Of a DNA stretch of 26,739 nt, positions 15,053 through 23,713 are shown in pieces. Under the pieces are notes generated by a model. That model ran no database searches. It saw only the letters and a list, made by a program, of their open reading frames with translations, and had not been told where the DNA came from. The position numbers and the translations under genes are program-made. Positions within the stretch are counted from its first letter, which is position 1. The number at the start of each line of letters is the position of its first letter. This DNA comes from Candidatus Poseidoniaceae archaeon (GTDB taxonomy: Archaea; Thermoplasmatota; Poseidoniia; Poseidoniales; Poseidoniaceae). Where the stretch lies: contig JAKUNY010000001.1 of NCBI GenBank assembly GCA_022451765.1, positions 1 to 26,739 on the forward strand, read 5' to 3'.

Positions 15053-15679
15053 ATGGTCGATTCCGGGCATGTCCAGCAAATACGTCAATGGCTTGCAAGC
15101 GAGCGCCTCGAAATCCGGGACAAAAACGACCCACGCGCAGAGTCACATTTACTGGTTCGCTACCCTCCGGGACCGCAAGGTCATATGTTTGCGGTTGTTC
15201 TTCCAAAAGGGCGAGATTTGGTTTTTGTTTCGAGCATGACACGGGTAGATCTTGGTCAACAAAATCAAATGAAGGAACATATGAACGACGAACCCGAAGT
15301 GTGGTCCGAATGGGTCCACGAATGCAGACTTTCTCTCATGCGCGCTGAACTCGACTGGGGAATCCACATGGGGCATCAAGGAAAGGAGAAACCAGGCCCT
15401 CTTCAAGCATTCAATGTTAGCCTTCCAATATGGTTTGATGGATTGACCAAAAACGCGCTCATGCACAGCCTACGGCGTTTGTGGCTTGCGAAACTAAGTA
15501 TGATTCATGAGATTAAATTTGCATACGGTCCAGGCAAAGGAGAACCGGGCCCGGTCGACGATTGGGCAGAGCAAAAGAAGCGAAAACAACCTCAAGAAAA
15601 CGCTCCAGAGCCCGCTCAAATAGAGTACAACGACATGATGCCATTTGGCACTGGTTTGGACCCAGAAGAGTGGGCATAG
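15053..15679 (+). CDS. Conserved archaeal protein, DUF2299-like
   Basis: IRQWLASERLEI..DPRAESHLLVRYP..FAVVLPKGRD resembles the archaeal DUF2299 pattern (recalled, not searched); C-terminal low-complexity tail. Confidence 0.55.
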   Translation: MVDSGHVQQIRQWLASERLEIRDKNDPRAESHLLVRYPPGPQGHMFAVVLPKGRDLVFVSSMTRVDLGQQNQMKEHMNDEPEVWSEWVHECRLSLMRAELDWGIHMGHQGKEKPGPLQAFNVSLPIWFDGLTKNALMHSLRRLWLAKLSMIHEIKFAYGPGKGEPGPVDDWAEQKKRKQPQENAPEPAQIEYNDMMPFGTGLDPEEWA

Positions 15680-15768
15680 TTGCCGCATTGCACCCCGTTT
15701 ACGAACTGACGGCAGAGGGTCGCGGTTAAGTAGTGGTGAACTCTGCTTCAATTCACACAGGTGATACC

Positions 15769-18700
15769 ATGCGTCAGACAACAAAATCGATTACACTCGT
15801 CAGCCTTTTCCTGCTCTCATTGTTCTCAGGAATGGTCATAGGAACAGAGCAAGCCGAAGCATCCCAAGTAGTAATTACAGAAGCTGTTCGCATAGTCGAC
15901 GGCGGGACCGCCTCTGATAGTCAAGCAGCAGTTGCTTCGGACAGCGAAGGCAACGTCCACATCGTTTGGTCTCGAAATTCGCAGCACCTGTATTACTCCA
16001 TGCTTTCACCCCGTGGAGAAACGCTGATTGACGCAACACAAATCACCAATCCAGGCCTCCACAAAGTATGGCATCCAGACATGATAATTGATGAGAATGA
16101 TCGGATTCATCTGGTTTGGTCTGATAAGTCAGGGCAACACAAAATCATGTACACTTCCATCAACCCATATCTTGCACCTCTCGATGGAATGGCTGCGGAG
16201 GACAGCGCAATATCAGTCATCGATGACACCATCATATCCATGCGCGCTCAAGACAGAGACTGGCCTTCAATAGCTGTTGACAGTCAAGGGAACCTCCACA
16301 TTGCATGGCAAGACTCTTATGACGAGTTGCAGCAGTTCTTCAATCAACCTCAAATCTATTACTCGATGATTCAGCCAGAATACAGCGGAGGCTCTGTCTT
16401 AACCCTCTTTGAGGACACACTCCTTACACCGATCATCGGACACAAAGGCCATCCAGACATCGTAATCGACTCCAATGACTTGGTTCAAATCGCTTGGGAT
16501 GATACACGTGGAGGCAAGGTCGAACTTGTTTTCCTTGTCGACACCTCCGGTTCGATGTATTCCGAATGGGCAGACGTTTGTACCGTAATTTACGGCGGTA
16601 ACTTCGCAGCAGGCGGATACTTCCAAGGACTCAAACCCATGCTTCAAGAAGGAAACATGACTGTCTATGAAACGATATACGGTCTCGGAAACACACTTCC
16701 CGGTGCCGCAAGTTCAGGTAACTGTGCTGGAAAAAATCAGAACGCAGGTCCACGCTCAACCGCTCTTGGAATCACCCCAGGGGATGATTCTGGAGGCATT
16801 CGAAAACTTCCAGGTACGGTCTACAATGGAAACACTTACTCCGGTTATTCAGGCGAAGACTGGGGACCAGGAACCAATTGGGCATGTCTCTCTTGGAAAG
16901 ATGCGCAAGGCAACGTCCCAGGAAACCCTCCAACACAGGATGACCACAAGTGGAATCCAAATGCAACCAAGATTGCGATCCCAATCTCTGACGAAGGCCC
17001 AAAAGACGGTGACCCATCACAGCAAGCAGATGACACCACCTCCATAGAAGAAGCGAAAGAAAACTGTGTGAATGCAGGCGTCGTTCCAGTCGGAATGTAT
17101 GGTCAAACCTACGGTGGTGCAACAAGCGTCCAATCCCACTTCAAGGACCTGGCGCAGTGTCCAAACGGGGTTCAGAGTACTGCTACCCGAAATTGCCCAG
17201 GTAACACAATTCGCTCAACCGATGCGGGCGGCCAAGTTTACGAATTCCCATCCGGTAGCGGTGGAGCAAGCCAAATGGCCCTTCTTGTCGAAGCGATGGT
17301 CTACATTTCTACCAACAACTCTCGAGAAATCTACATGTCTGTTCTTGACCCATACGGCAAGATGAACAACGACCCAAGCTGGATTCCTGGCGTATCGGGC
17401 ACTGTCGCTCAGAATGGTGCCTACATTGAGGATACAGGAAAAGGCTCTGAGGGACATCTTGTCGTCGTCAACGATACACGTGTAACCATCGACGATGCTT
17501 ACTCGTTCCACCCCTCAATCGGTGTCGACATGGAAGGAAACACCCACATCGCTTGGATGGATGGTCGCGACTACGGTTTCGAGAAGGACGTTAACTACGA
17601 AGTATACTACACGAAACTTCGGCTCCAAGGAGCGGGTGAATTCGACGGACGAGACGATGGATTGTCAACCTACGCAATCAAGAAAATTGACGATACACCA
17701 ATATCAAACGTCGAAACCAATGCAGGACTGCCGCAAAATGCCCCATGGAGTGGAAACTCTGTATTCCCGTCGTTGTTAACAGACGATCAGAACCAAGTTC
17801 ACATTGCATGGGTTGACTCTGGAAACATCTCAGCCGGAGAGGAGTTACTCTATGTTCGACTAAATCACACTTCGCTTGAAGGTGATGGGTTTACAGCACT
17901 CGACCCTTGGGAAACGGTTGCTATTACATCCTGGTCTTCCAATAAACTCGGGCCAAATTCTGGGTATAAACCGAGCATAGGTATGCCGCCGGCCTTCTCA
18001 AACGATCTTGGAAGCGGAGCCCACGTGGCCTGGTCGGATACAAACAAATGCAACGACGAAACCAACAACAATCGTTTCACCATATGCTATTCCCACGTTT
18101 TAACTGGGCAAGTCGATGTTGACTTCGACGCAGGAGAAACATTCTACCACGTCATCGAACCCGGTGAACAGACCATCTACAACCTTACCATGAACAATTC
18201 AACACCCGGTCCAAAAGACCTGGTTGCTGACTCCTATGGCCTCAACATTACGGGCGTTCCTTCAAACTGGACCGCAACCCTGTTCTTTGCCGATAACCAT
18301 ACAGCAATCTTCCCAGATACGGAAATCTTCCTCGAAGGTGGAGAATCAATACGGTTCTATCTCAGGGTACGTGCTCCTTCCATCTATCAGGCAAATGCAG
18401 ACGAACTAGCAGAAATACGCGTCGAAGCGAAGTCCTACAAGGACCCCGCGATTCGATCTGAAATCACAACACTCACACTCATGGACGTCGTTCACGGAAT
18501 TGCCCTTGACGCATCACATAGTGTTGCTGACGTCGAACAGGGCCAAACAGCGATTTTCTCGATTACCATAACGAATACAGGCAACGTGGCGGACACATTC
18601 CTCTTCTGGGATCCACAAACCCTTGAAGGACGTCAAGAGTGGCTCTTACCGTTCGCTTGGGACGTTAATTTCCCGCTTAGCGTTCAGCTTGATCCGAAGC

Positions 18701-20778
18701 AATCGGTAACCAAGAACCTCGAAATTAATGTTCCAACATCGGAAGATCCAGGCGCATTCGTTATTCTTCTCAAAGGCTGGTCAGCAGGAGAACCTGTCAA
18801 GTCTGTGGAAAAAGGAACGTATGACATCCTCGAACTCGGTGTGTTTGTATCGATTAGGTCATCAAACAACATTGTTTTCAACATTACAGATCAGATGGCG
18901 ATAGTCACACCTGCACCATACGCTCCGAACGCTCTCGATCCAAACTGCCACGTCTTCGAAATAGAGGTGGAGAAGTATTTCGATACGGGTGATCTCGTAT
19001 TTACTACGCCGGGAACAACTGAAAACGAGGACAACTGGACAACCGAAGTGATCTTCCCGAACGGACTTAATCTGAATCCAGATGGTGTCTCATATCCTTG
19101 GGTTCTGATGTCAGGCGACGACTACCGAATGCACGTGGTTAAGGTAAAGATATGTGCACCGGATGATGCACCAGCAGGACTTGGCAAAGCAGTCACAATC
19201 AAGGCAAATCTGAAGGGGTATCCAAAGATTTCAGCAGCAAAGATTCTGCAAGTTGATGTAGACCACGTTTACAGCTTGTCCACAAACGTGGCCCTCGTCG
19301 ATGATGAGCAACTCACGGTCAATCCAGGCGAAGCTATCATACTCCCAACGACCGTCAACAACAACGGTAACGGACCAGATCGGTTCGATTACACGCTTGC
19401 ACGTGTAACAGATTCCTCCGGTGTCGATGTCATTTGGGACATCACCATCCCACGCAATACGCTAGAAGAACTCGATTCGGGCTCTTCTCAGTCGTTTGAG
19501 GTTCTGATGAACGTTCCTGAGCAAGTCCCAGCAGGTGATTATACCATCGTGTTCCATACGAAGTCCGAACAAAAGGATGAAGACGCATCAGGACGAATGA
19601 CGCGGTTGCGAGATGTAACCACGCTCACAGTAACGGTGCGAGAATTCTATGATATGCAAATCTCGATGGACCCAACGGTTGATAACGATGTGAAGACATC
19701 TGCACCAGGCCGCGTTGTTCGTTTCATTGTCAACGTAACCAACGCAGGAAACGTTCCTGATGTACCAACATTGGATAACCATACGTCCACACGTTCTGGT
19801 ACGGACATTATGGTCGAAGAAATCCCTGATATGGGTACACTTGATGGATGGGACGTTTCATGGAAAATTATTCGACAGGTCGGACTTGATCTCGAGAGCG
19901 AGGAAGATTGCGTAGAGCAAAAATCGACTGATGCCTCGTTCCCAGAGGACAGCTGCGTTTACCTAACCGACATAGATTCATGGCGCCTCCCTGAGATGGC
20001 ACCATACGAAACCTACACGATGGTTGCAGTTGTTTCAGTGGACCCTGGGGCACAATTGCTCACTCGCAGTCTCGGCCTCAAGGTTGTGTCAATGATGGGC
20101 AATGCAGAACAAGGAGGCGATTACGACGATTCACCATCTTGGAACGGGGACTTCCTCGATACAAACGAGAAAATCGTTACCATCAATTTGCTCGCACCAA
20201 ACCTTGTAGCGAAATCTGCATCATCAGATATAACCGCAGCAGATGTCGGTGAATCGATTCCAATCCGTGTTGAAATTGCCAATACAGGCAATGTCCATGC
20301 CTCAGACATTGAAGTTATCCTTTGTGAGTATGACGCAGATGACATGCAGGCAGAGATTCGCAAGAACAACAACATGTGCGATGAGGACAGCATTGTCATG
20401 CGCCAGATCATTGGTGCACTCGACAAGCCAGATGATTCCCAAGACGAGCGTGTTATTGAGTTGTACATGCTTTATCCGGTTACTGCTGGTAACAAGAATG
20501 TCTATGTTGTAGTCGACCCCGGTAACACCATCGTTGAAGCAGATGAAAGTGATAACATCCGTCGGATTACACAAGAACTTGGGTCATCGAATCCGTTCTT
20601 CGATGTCGCTGGTGAAGTCGCAGGTAAGGTTGCATTACCGACCATGATTGTTTTACTCACTTTCTCACTCTTCGGTGTTCTCTACCTTGTTGGTCGTGGA
20701 CGACGCGCAGCAGTGAAGGATCGTATTGCAGAACAATCATCGCTGATGTCTGTACTGGGCGATGAAGACGATAACTGA
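15769..20778 (+). CDS. Large single-pass surface protein: signal peptide, beta-propeller with inserted VWA domain, Ig-like/CARDB repeats, C-terminal TM
   Basis: AGGTGAT SD at 15759-15765 supports ATG 15769. Signal peptide ..TEQAEA; seven D-x-x-G/D-x-x-H-I-x-W repeats; MIDAS LVDTSGS and ISDEGP; repeated NxGNxxD strands; VVDPGNTIVEADESDN (CARDB); TM VALPTMIVLLTFSLFGVLYLVG followed by RGRR. Confidence 0.85.
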   Translation: MRQTTKSITLVSLFLLSLFSGMVIGTEQAEASQVVITEAVRIVDGGTASDSQAAVASDSEGNVHIVWSRNSQHLYYSMLSPRGETLIDATQITNPGLHKVWHPDMIIDENDRIHLVWSDKSGQHKIMYTSINPYLAPLDGMAAEDSAISVIDDTIISMRAQDRDWPSIAVDSQGNLHIAWQDSYDELQQFFNQPQIYYSMIQPEYSGGSVLTLFEDTLLTPIIGHKGHPDIVIDSNDLVQIAWDDTRGGKVELVFLVDTSGSMYSEWADVCTVIYGGNFAAGGYFQGLKPMLQEGNMTVYETIYGLGNTLPGAASSGNCAGKNQNAGPRSTALGITPGDDSGGIRKLPGTVYNGNTYSGYSGEDWGPGTNWACLSWKDAQGNVPGNPPTQDDHKWNPNATKIAIPISDEGPKDGDPSQQADDTTSIEEAKENCVNAGVVPVGMYGQTYGGATSVQSHFKDLAQCPNGVQSTATRNCPGNTIRSTDAGGQVYEFPSGSGGASQMALLVEAMVYISTNNSREIYMSVLDPYGKMNNDPSWIPGVSGTVAQNGAYIEDTGKGSEGHLVVVNDTRVTIDDAYSFHPSIGVDMEGNTHIAWMDGRDYGFEKDVNYEVYYTKLRLQGAGEFDGRDDGLSTYAIKKIDDTPISNVETNAGLPQNAPWSGNSVFPSLLTDDQNQVHIAWVDSGNISAGEELLYVRLNHTSLEGDGFTALDPWETVAITSWSSNKLGPNSGYKPSIGMPPAFSNDLGSGAHVAWSDTNKCNDETNNNRFTICYSHVLTGQVDVDFDAGETFYHVIEPGEQTIYNLTMNNSTPGPKDLVADSYGLNITGVPSNWTATLFFADNHTAIFPDTEIFLEGGESIRFYLRVRAPSIYQANADELAEIRVEAKSYKDPAIRSEITTLTLMDVVHGIALDASHSVADVEQGQTAIFSITITNTGNVADTFLFWDPQTLEGRQEWLLPFAWDVNFPLSVQLDPKQSVTKNLEINVPTSEDPGAFVILLKGWSAGEPVKSVEKGTYDILELGVFVSIRSSNNIVFNITDQMAIVTPAPYAPNALDPNCHVFEIEVEKYFDTGDLVFTTPGTTENEDNWTTEVIFPNGLNLNPDGVSYPWVLMSGDDYRMHVVKVKICAPDDAPAGLGKAVTIKANLKGYPKISAAKILQVDVDHVYSLSTNVALVDDEQLTVNPGEAIILPTTVNNNGNGPDRFDYTLARVTDSSGVDVIWDITIPRNTLEELDSGSSQSFEVLMNVPEQVPAGDYTIVFHTKSEQKDEDASGRMTRLRDVTTLTVTVREFYDMQISMDPTVDNDVKTSAPGRVVRFIVNVTNAGNVPDVPTLDNHTSTRSGTDIMVEEIPDMGTLDGWDVSWKIIRQVGLDLESEEDCVEQKSTDASFPEDSCVYLTDIDSWRLPEMAPYETYTMVAVVSVDPGAQLLTRSLGLKVVSMMGNAEQGGDYDDSPSWNGDFLDTNEKIVTINLLAPNLVAKSASSDITAADVGESIPIRVEIANTGNVHASDIEVILCEYDADDMQAEIRKNNNMCDEDSIVMRQIIGALDKPDDSQDERVIELYMLYPVTAGNKNVYVVVDPGNTIVEADESDNIRRITQELGSSNPFFDVAGEVAGKVALPTMIVLLTFSLFGVLYLVGRGRRAAVKDRIAEQSSLMSVLGDEDDN

Positions 20779-20783
20779 GCCGT

Positions 20784-21554
20784 TTATCCAAGCCACCATC
20801 GGAGGCCAGGGTTGTCGTCAATAGCGACGATTTCACCGGAACGGTCTGAGCGTTGCCGCTCAACGAGTTCGCGAACTCTTGACATGACTGCTGATATGTC
20901 GCTTTGACTAAGATTGAGTTCTCTTGCCATTAACCCGAGATCAGGTTTGATACGTGGTGTATCTATCAATGCGTGAACCATGGTTCGCTGAGAATAGTCC
21001 TCGAAATCAGTATCCACTGCAGCGGATACACGGCCTCGAATTTGCTGATGAAGTGCAATGAGAGCGTCTCGCTGCCGGTCCAATTGTTCGAGTTGCTCAT
21101 TCAGTTGTTCGAGGTGAACAACGCCTTCGGTTACGCTAATTTTCTTCCGACCACTGACAACCTCAGCAATTGATTGTGCATGCTCAGGTAGTTTAGAACT
21201 CAACCGCAGAGGTCCGCCTGAGGGCAATTTCCTCCGTTCAATTTTGAAGAGATCGGGCCCCAAATCAACACGCAGTGAAAATGCTTCACACACTCTGAAG
21301 ATCGTTCGCGGAGGTCCACCTTTCTCACTTGGAACTTTCATTTTCTCGACCATGTCGCCTCGCTCAAGTTCCTTGAGATGTTTGACAATCGCTTGCTGAC
21401 TAACTCCAATCAATTCTGCAAGCTGCATAGGGTAATGCGGCTCACGAACCAACCGTTCCAGAATGGATCTTCGGGTCTTATTTTGCAACAACATCAAGGA
21501 ACGCTCGAGCTGGTCCATACTACTCAACCTGTAGTTAGGTAGAGAGGGACTCAT
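20784..21554 (-). CDS. ArsR-family winged-HTH transcriptional regulator with coiled coil
   Basis: LQNKTRRSILERL..PHYPMQLAELIGVSQQAIVKHLKELE, KGGPPRTIFR wing, heptad LEQLNEQLEQLDRQRDAL. Start 21554 or 21518. Confidence 0.85.
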   Translation of the reverse strand: MSPSLPNYRLSSMDQLERSLMLLQNKTRRSILERLVREPHYPMQLAELIGVSQQAIVKHLKELERGDMVEKMKVPSEKGGPPRTIFRVCEAFSLRVDLGPDLFKIERRKLPSGGPLRLSSKLPEHAQSIAEVVSGRKKISVTEGVVHLEQLNEQLEQLDRQRDALIALHQQIRGRVSAAVDTDFEDYSQRTMVHALIDTPRIKPDLGLMARELNLSQSDISAVMSRVRELVERQRSDRSGEIVAIDDNPGLRWWLG

Positions 21555-21586
21555 TTGAAGTCGTCGGAACAATGAATGGTTAGGAC

Positions 21587-21838
21587 TCAGTCTTCATCCC
21601 ATGATTGCCAGTCTTCGTTTTCGGCCTTTGGAATCTTCCTATCGGTCTGTACCTTCGGCTTTACATCAGACTTAGCAGGGATGGCTCTTGCTTGCTCTAC
21701 TGCTGGCGTTGGGAACGGATCAGCAACCTGTTGTTCTTTCTCTTGCGGAGTCGCTGCGTCGACATCGCCGCGCATGAGGGCATAGACTTGCTCAGTAGTT
21801 AGCATACTTCCAGCCCGAACGTCGCTCGAACCATCCAT
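21587..21838 (-). CDS. Hypothetical low-complexity ORF, probably the C-terminal tail of the 22579 gene separated by one in-frame TGA
   Basis: 83 aa ending EDWQSWDED; the frame stays open upstream of its ATG as far as the TGA at 21902-21904; no SD before the ATG. Confidence 0.55.
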   Translation of the reverse strand: MDGSSDVRAGSMLTTEQVYALMRGDVDAATPQEKEQQVADPFPTPAVEQARAIPAKSDVKPKVQTDRKIPKAENEDWQSWDED

Positions 21839-21901
21839 TTGTTGTTGATTTGTTTCTTGTTGTTGATCTATGTATTCTCCAGTTCGTACCTCAAACCCTA
21901 C

Positions 21902-22579
21902 TCAATCTGTTGTTCCTTGATTCATGGAGTCAATTTGTCCTTGAACAACATCGGGAGTAAGGTCAGTTAGCGGCATAAGTTTTCCATCAGGGCCAACCAC
22001 CATCATCACTTGTTGTTTACGGTTCTGTGAGAAAGCGAGGAGGACGCCAGACAACGGCAATAGGAAGATACCCAAGCAACAAAGCGTCGCTCCAATAACG
22101 ACCATCGGAGAACCGATAAGGTCGCTTTCCATTTTGTCGATTGATGTGAGCCAAACAGTTTCGTCAACGCAACCACTCTCACAGTTCGCCTGAAGCAAAT
22201 ATTCTCCTGCACTCAATTCCCATGAGCCAAGAACGCTGTATTCAACACTCCCATCCGCAGACATAGCACTCCAATCGAGTTTACATCTTGATTCGGCAAC
22301 ATCGTCTTTCGCATCCGAACCATCAACTTCGGCGAGAGTCACATTTCCCTCAAAATTTACTCCGTAAGCACGGTAGCACCCCGCATCGTCCACTGTTATG
22401 AGTTCCTGTGACTCAGTGTTCAAGTCGATGGAGCCGATGTTGTTTCGCTCAGGATCGAGGGCATCTCCAAATGTGTTCATTTGCCCCAAGACAATGATGC
22501 TTCCGAGAACAAAACATACCATGGAAGCAATAAGGATTCGAAGGGGCCAGGGGTTCTTCTTACCGCTTTCCATGGTCAT
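21902..22579 (-). CDS. Hypothetical two-TM membrane protein with a Cys-containing extracellular loop
   Basis: GGAGTGAT SD 8 nt upstream of ATG 22579; TM LRILIASMVCFVLGSIIVL and MVVIGATLCCLGIFLLPLSGVLLAF; ends at a TGA followed by a continuing open frame. Confidence 0.75.
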   Translation of the reverse strand: MTMESGKKNPWPLRILIASMVCFVLGSIIVLGQMNTFGDALDPERNNIGSIDLNTESQELITVDDAGCYRAYGVNFEGNVTLAEVDGSDAKDDVAESRCKLDWSAMSADGSVEYSVLGSWELSAGEYLLQANCESGCVDETVWLTSIDKMESDLIGSPMVVIGATLCCLGIFLLPLSGVLLAFSQNRKQQVMMVVGPDGKLMPLTDLTPDVVQGQIDSMNQGTTD

Positions 22580-22618
22580 TGGACAAATCACTCCCCAAAG
22601 AAGCCTCGCATTTTACCT

Positions 22619-23713
22619 TCACAATCCAAGTTGTTGCAATTTCTCTGGCAAGTAGGTCTCGGTAACGAAATCAAGACCGTATTTTGCAAGGGATTGTTGC
22701 TCCGCTTTCTTTCCAACCTCCAACATCATATTGATTTGCTCTTGCCACCAACCATCGGCGAATCGCGGGTCACTCAATTCCGCATTGAGAGCTTCTATGT
22801 CTTTCTTTGATAGGTCATCGCTCGGCAAATCGTATGCAAGGATGTCATCGGCAGTGATGCCCAGGTACGTGGATGTAGGAGTTGCTAGGTATTCTGAAAT
22901 GTGGGCTGTCTTAATCGCACCGTATGCAATCGAGGCAAAAATCCTGAACGACCATGGATCCCCGTCGAGGAAAACGACAACCGGTAGGTCCCATTCTTCA
23001 CTCATCCGTTTCATTATCCGCCGAGTTGATCGTGCAGGTTGTCCTTTGAGGTGCAAAAGAGCGCAATTGAAGTCTTCATCAAACCCATTTTCCACCAATC
23101 GATCGAACATACCACCCGTCTCGATGGCCATTATGAACTTGATATCGTGTTCAAGGAATTCAATTTTCTCAGCCTCTACGTTGTATGGGACACCGTACCC
23201 ACTGTCTCCAACGTCGTCTCGTGCATTGATTCGCATCCATTCTCCACGGCGGTTGCGTTCGCGCAGTGTAAGGTTACCAATCATCCGTGCTCCGTCCTCT
23301 TCAGGTCGAAGTTTGAAATCCTCACGAAGACAGCGTGTTACGATTTCCAAATCTTCTGCTAGATTGTTGCTTTCATTTTGCGATTGGAATTTTCCAAGCC
23401 CCCAGCCTTCTGAGATGTAATACATTTCACGGAGTGTGGACGATTTCCCGTCATCAATCATACTTTCAATGAACTCAATAACATGCAGCGCGCGTAGCAA
23501 CTGCTTGGCAGAACCAAGGCTTGTCGCATCACGAATCGTTCGCTTCTTTCCGTATTTGTAAACCCCGAGTTTCGGATCAAATCCAATGTTGTTTTTGGTG
23601 CGAACAGGAAGCGTCATCGTAGGAGGGTCCCCCTTGACGATTCGGTCGTACATCTCCCGAACAACATCATGCAATGCGACCTTCGTCTCTTCAATCGATT
23701 TACGTTCAGCCAT
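22619..23713 (-). CDS. top6A: DNA topoisomerase VI subunit A
   Basis: STLREMYY (catalytic Tyr), AIETGGMFDRL, KGQPARSTR, FLDGDPW, KKAEQQSL; perfect GGAGGTGAT SD at 23719-23727; TGATG overlap with top6B. Confidence 0.97.
   Translation of the reverse strand: MAERKSIEETKVALHDVVREMYDRIVKGDPPTMTLPVRTKNNIGFDPKLGVYKYGKKRTIRDATSLGSAKQLLRALHVIEFIESMIDDGKSSTLREMYYISEGWGLGKFQSQNESNNLAEDLEIVTRCLREDFKLRPEEDGARMIGNLTLRERNRRGEWMRINARDDVGDSGYGVPYNVEAEKIEFLEHDIKFIMAIETGGMFDRLVENGFDEDFNCALLHLKGQPARSTRRIMKRMSEEWDLPVVVFLDGDPWSFRIFASIAYGAIKTAHISEYLATPTSTYLGITADDILAYDLPSDDLSKKDIEALNAELSDPRFADGWWQEQINMMLEVGKKAEQQSLAKYGLDFVTETYLPEKLQQLGL

Noticed and set aside
21839-21868. CAA-rich direct repeat (ATCAACAACAA twice) as a regulatory leader or CRISPR-like repeat
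   Set aside because: Better explained as Gln codons (DQQQETNQQQ) of the interrupted reading frame; only two short copies.
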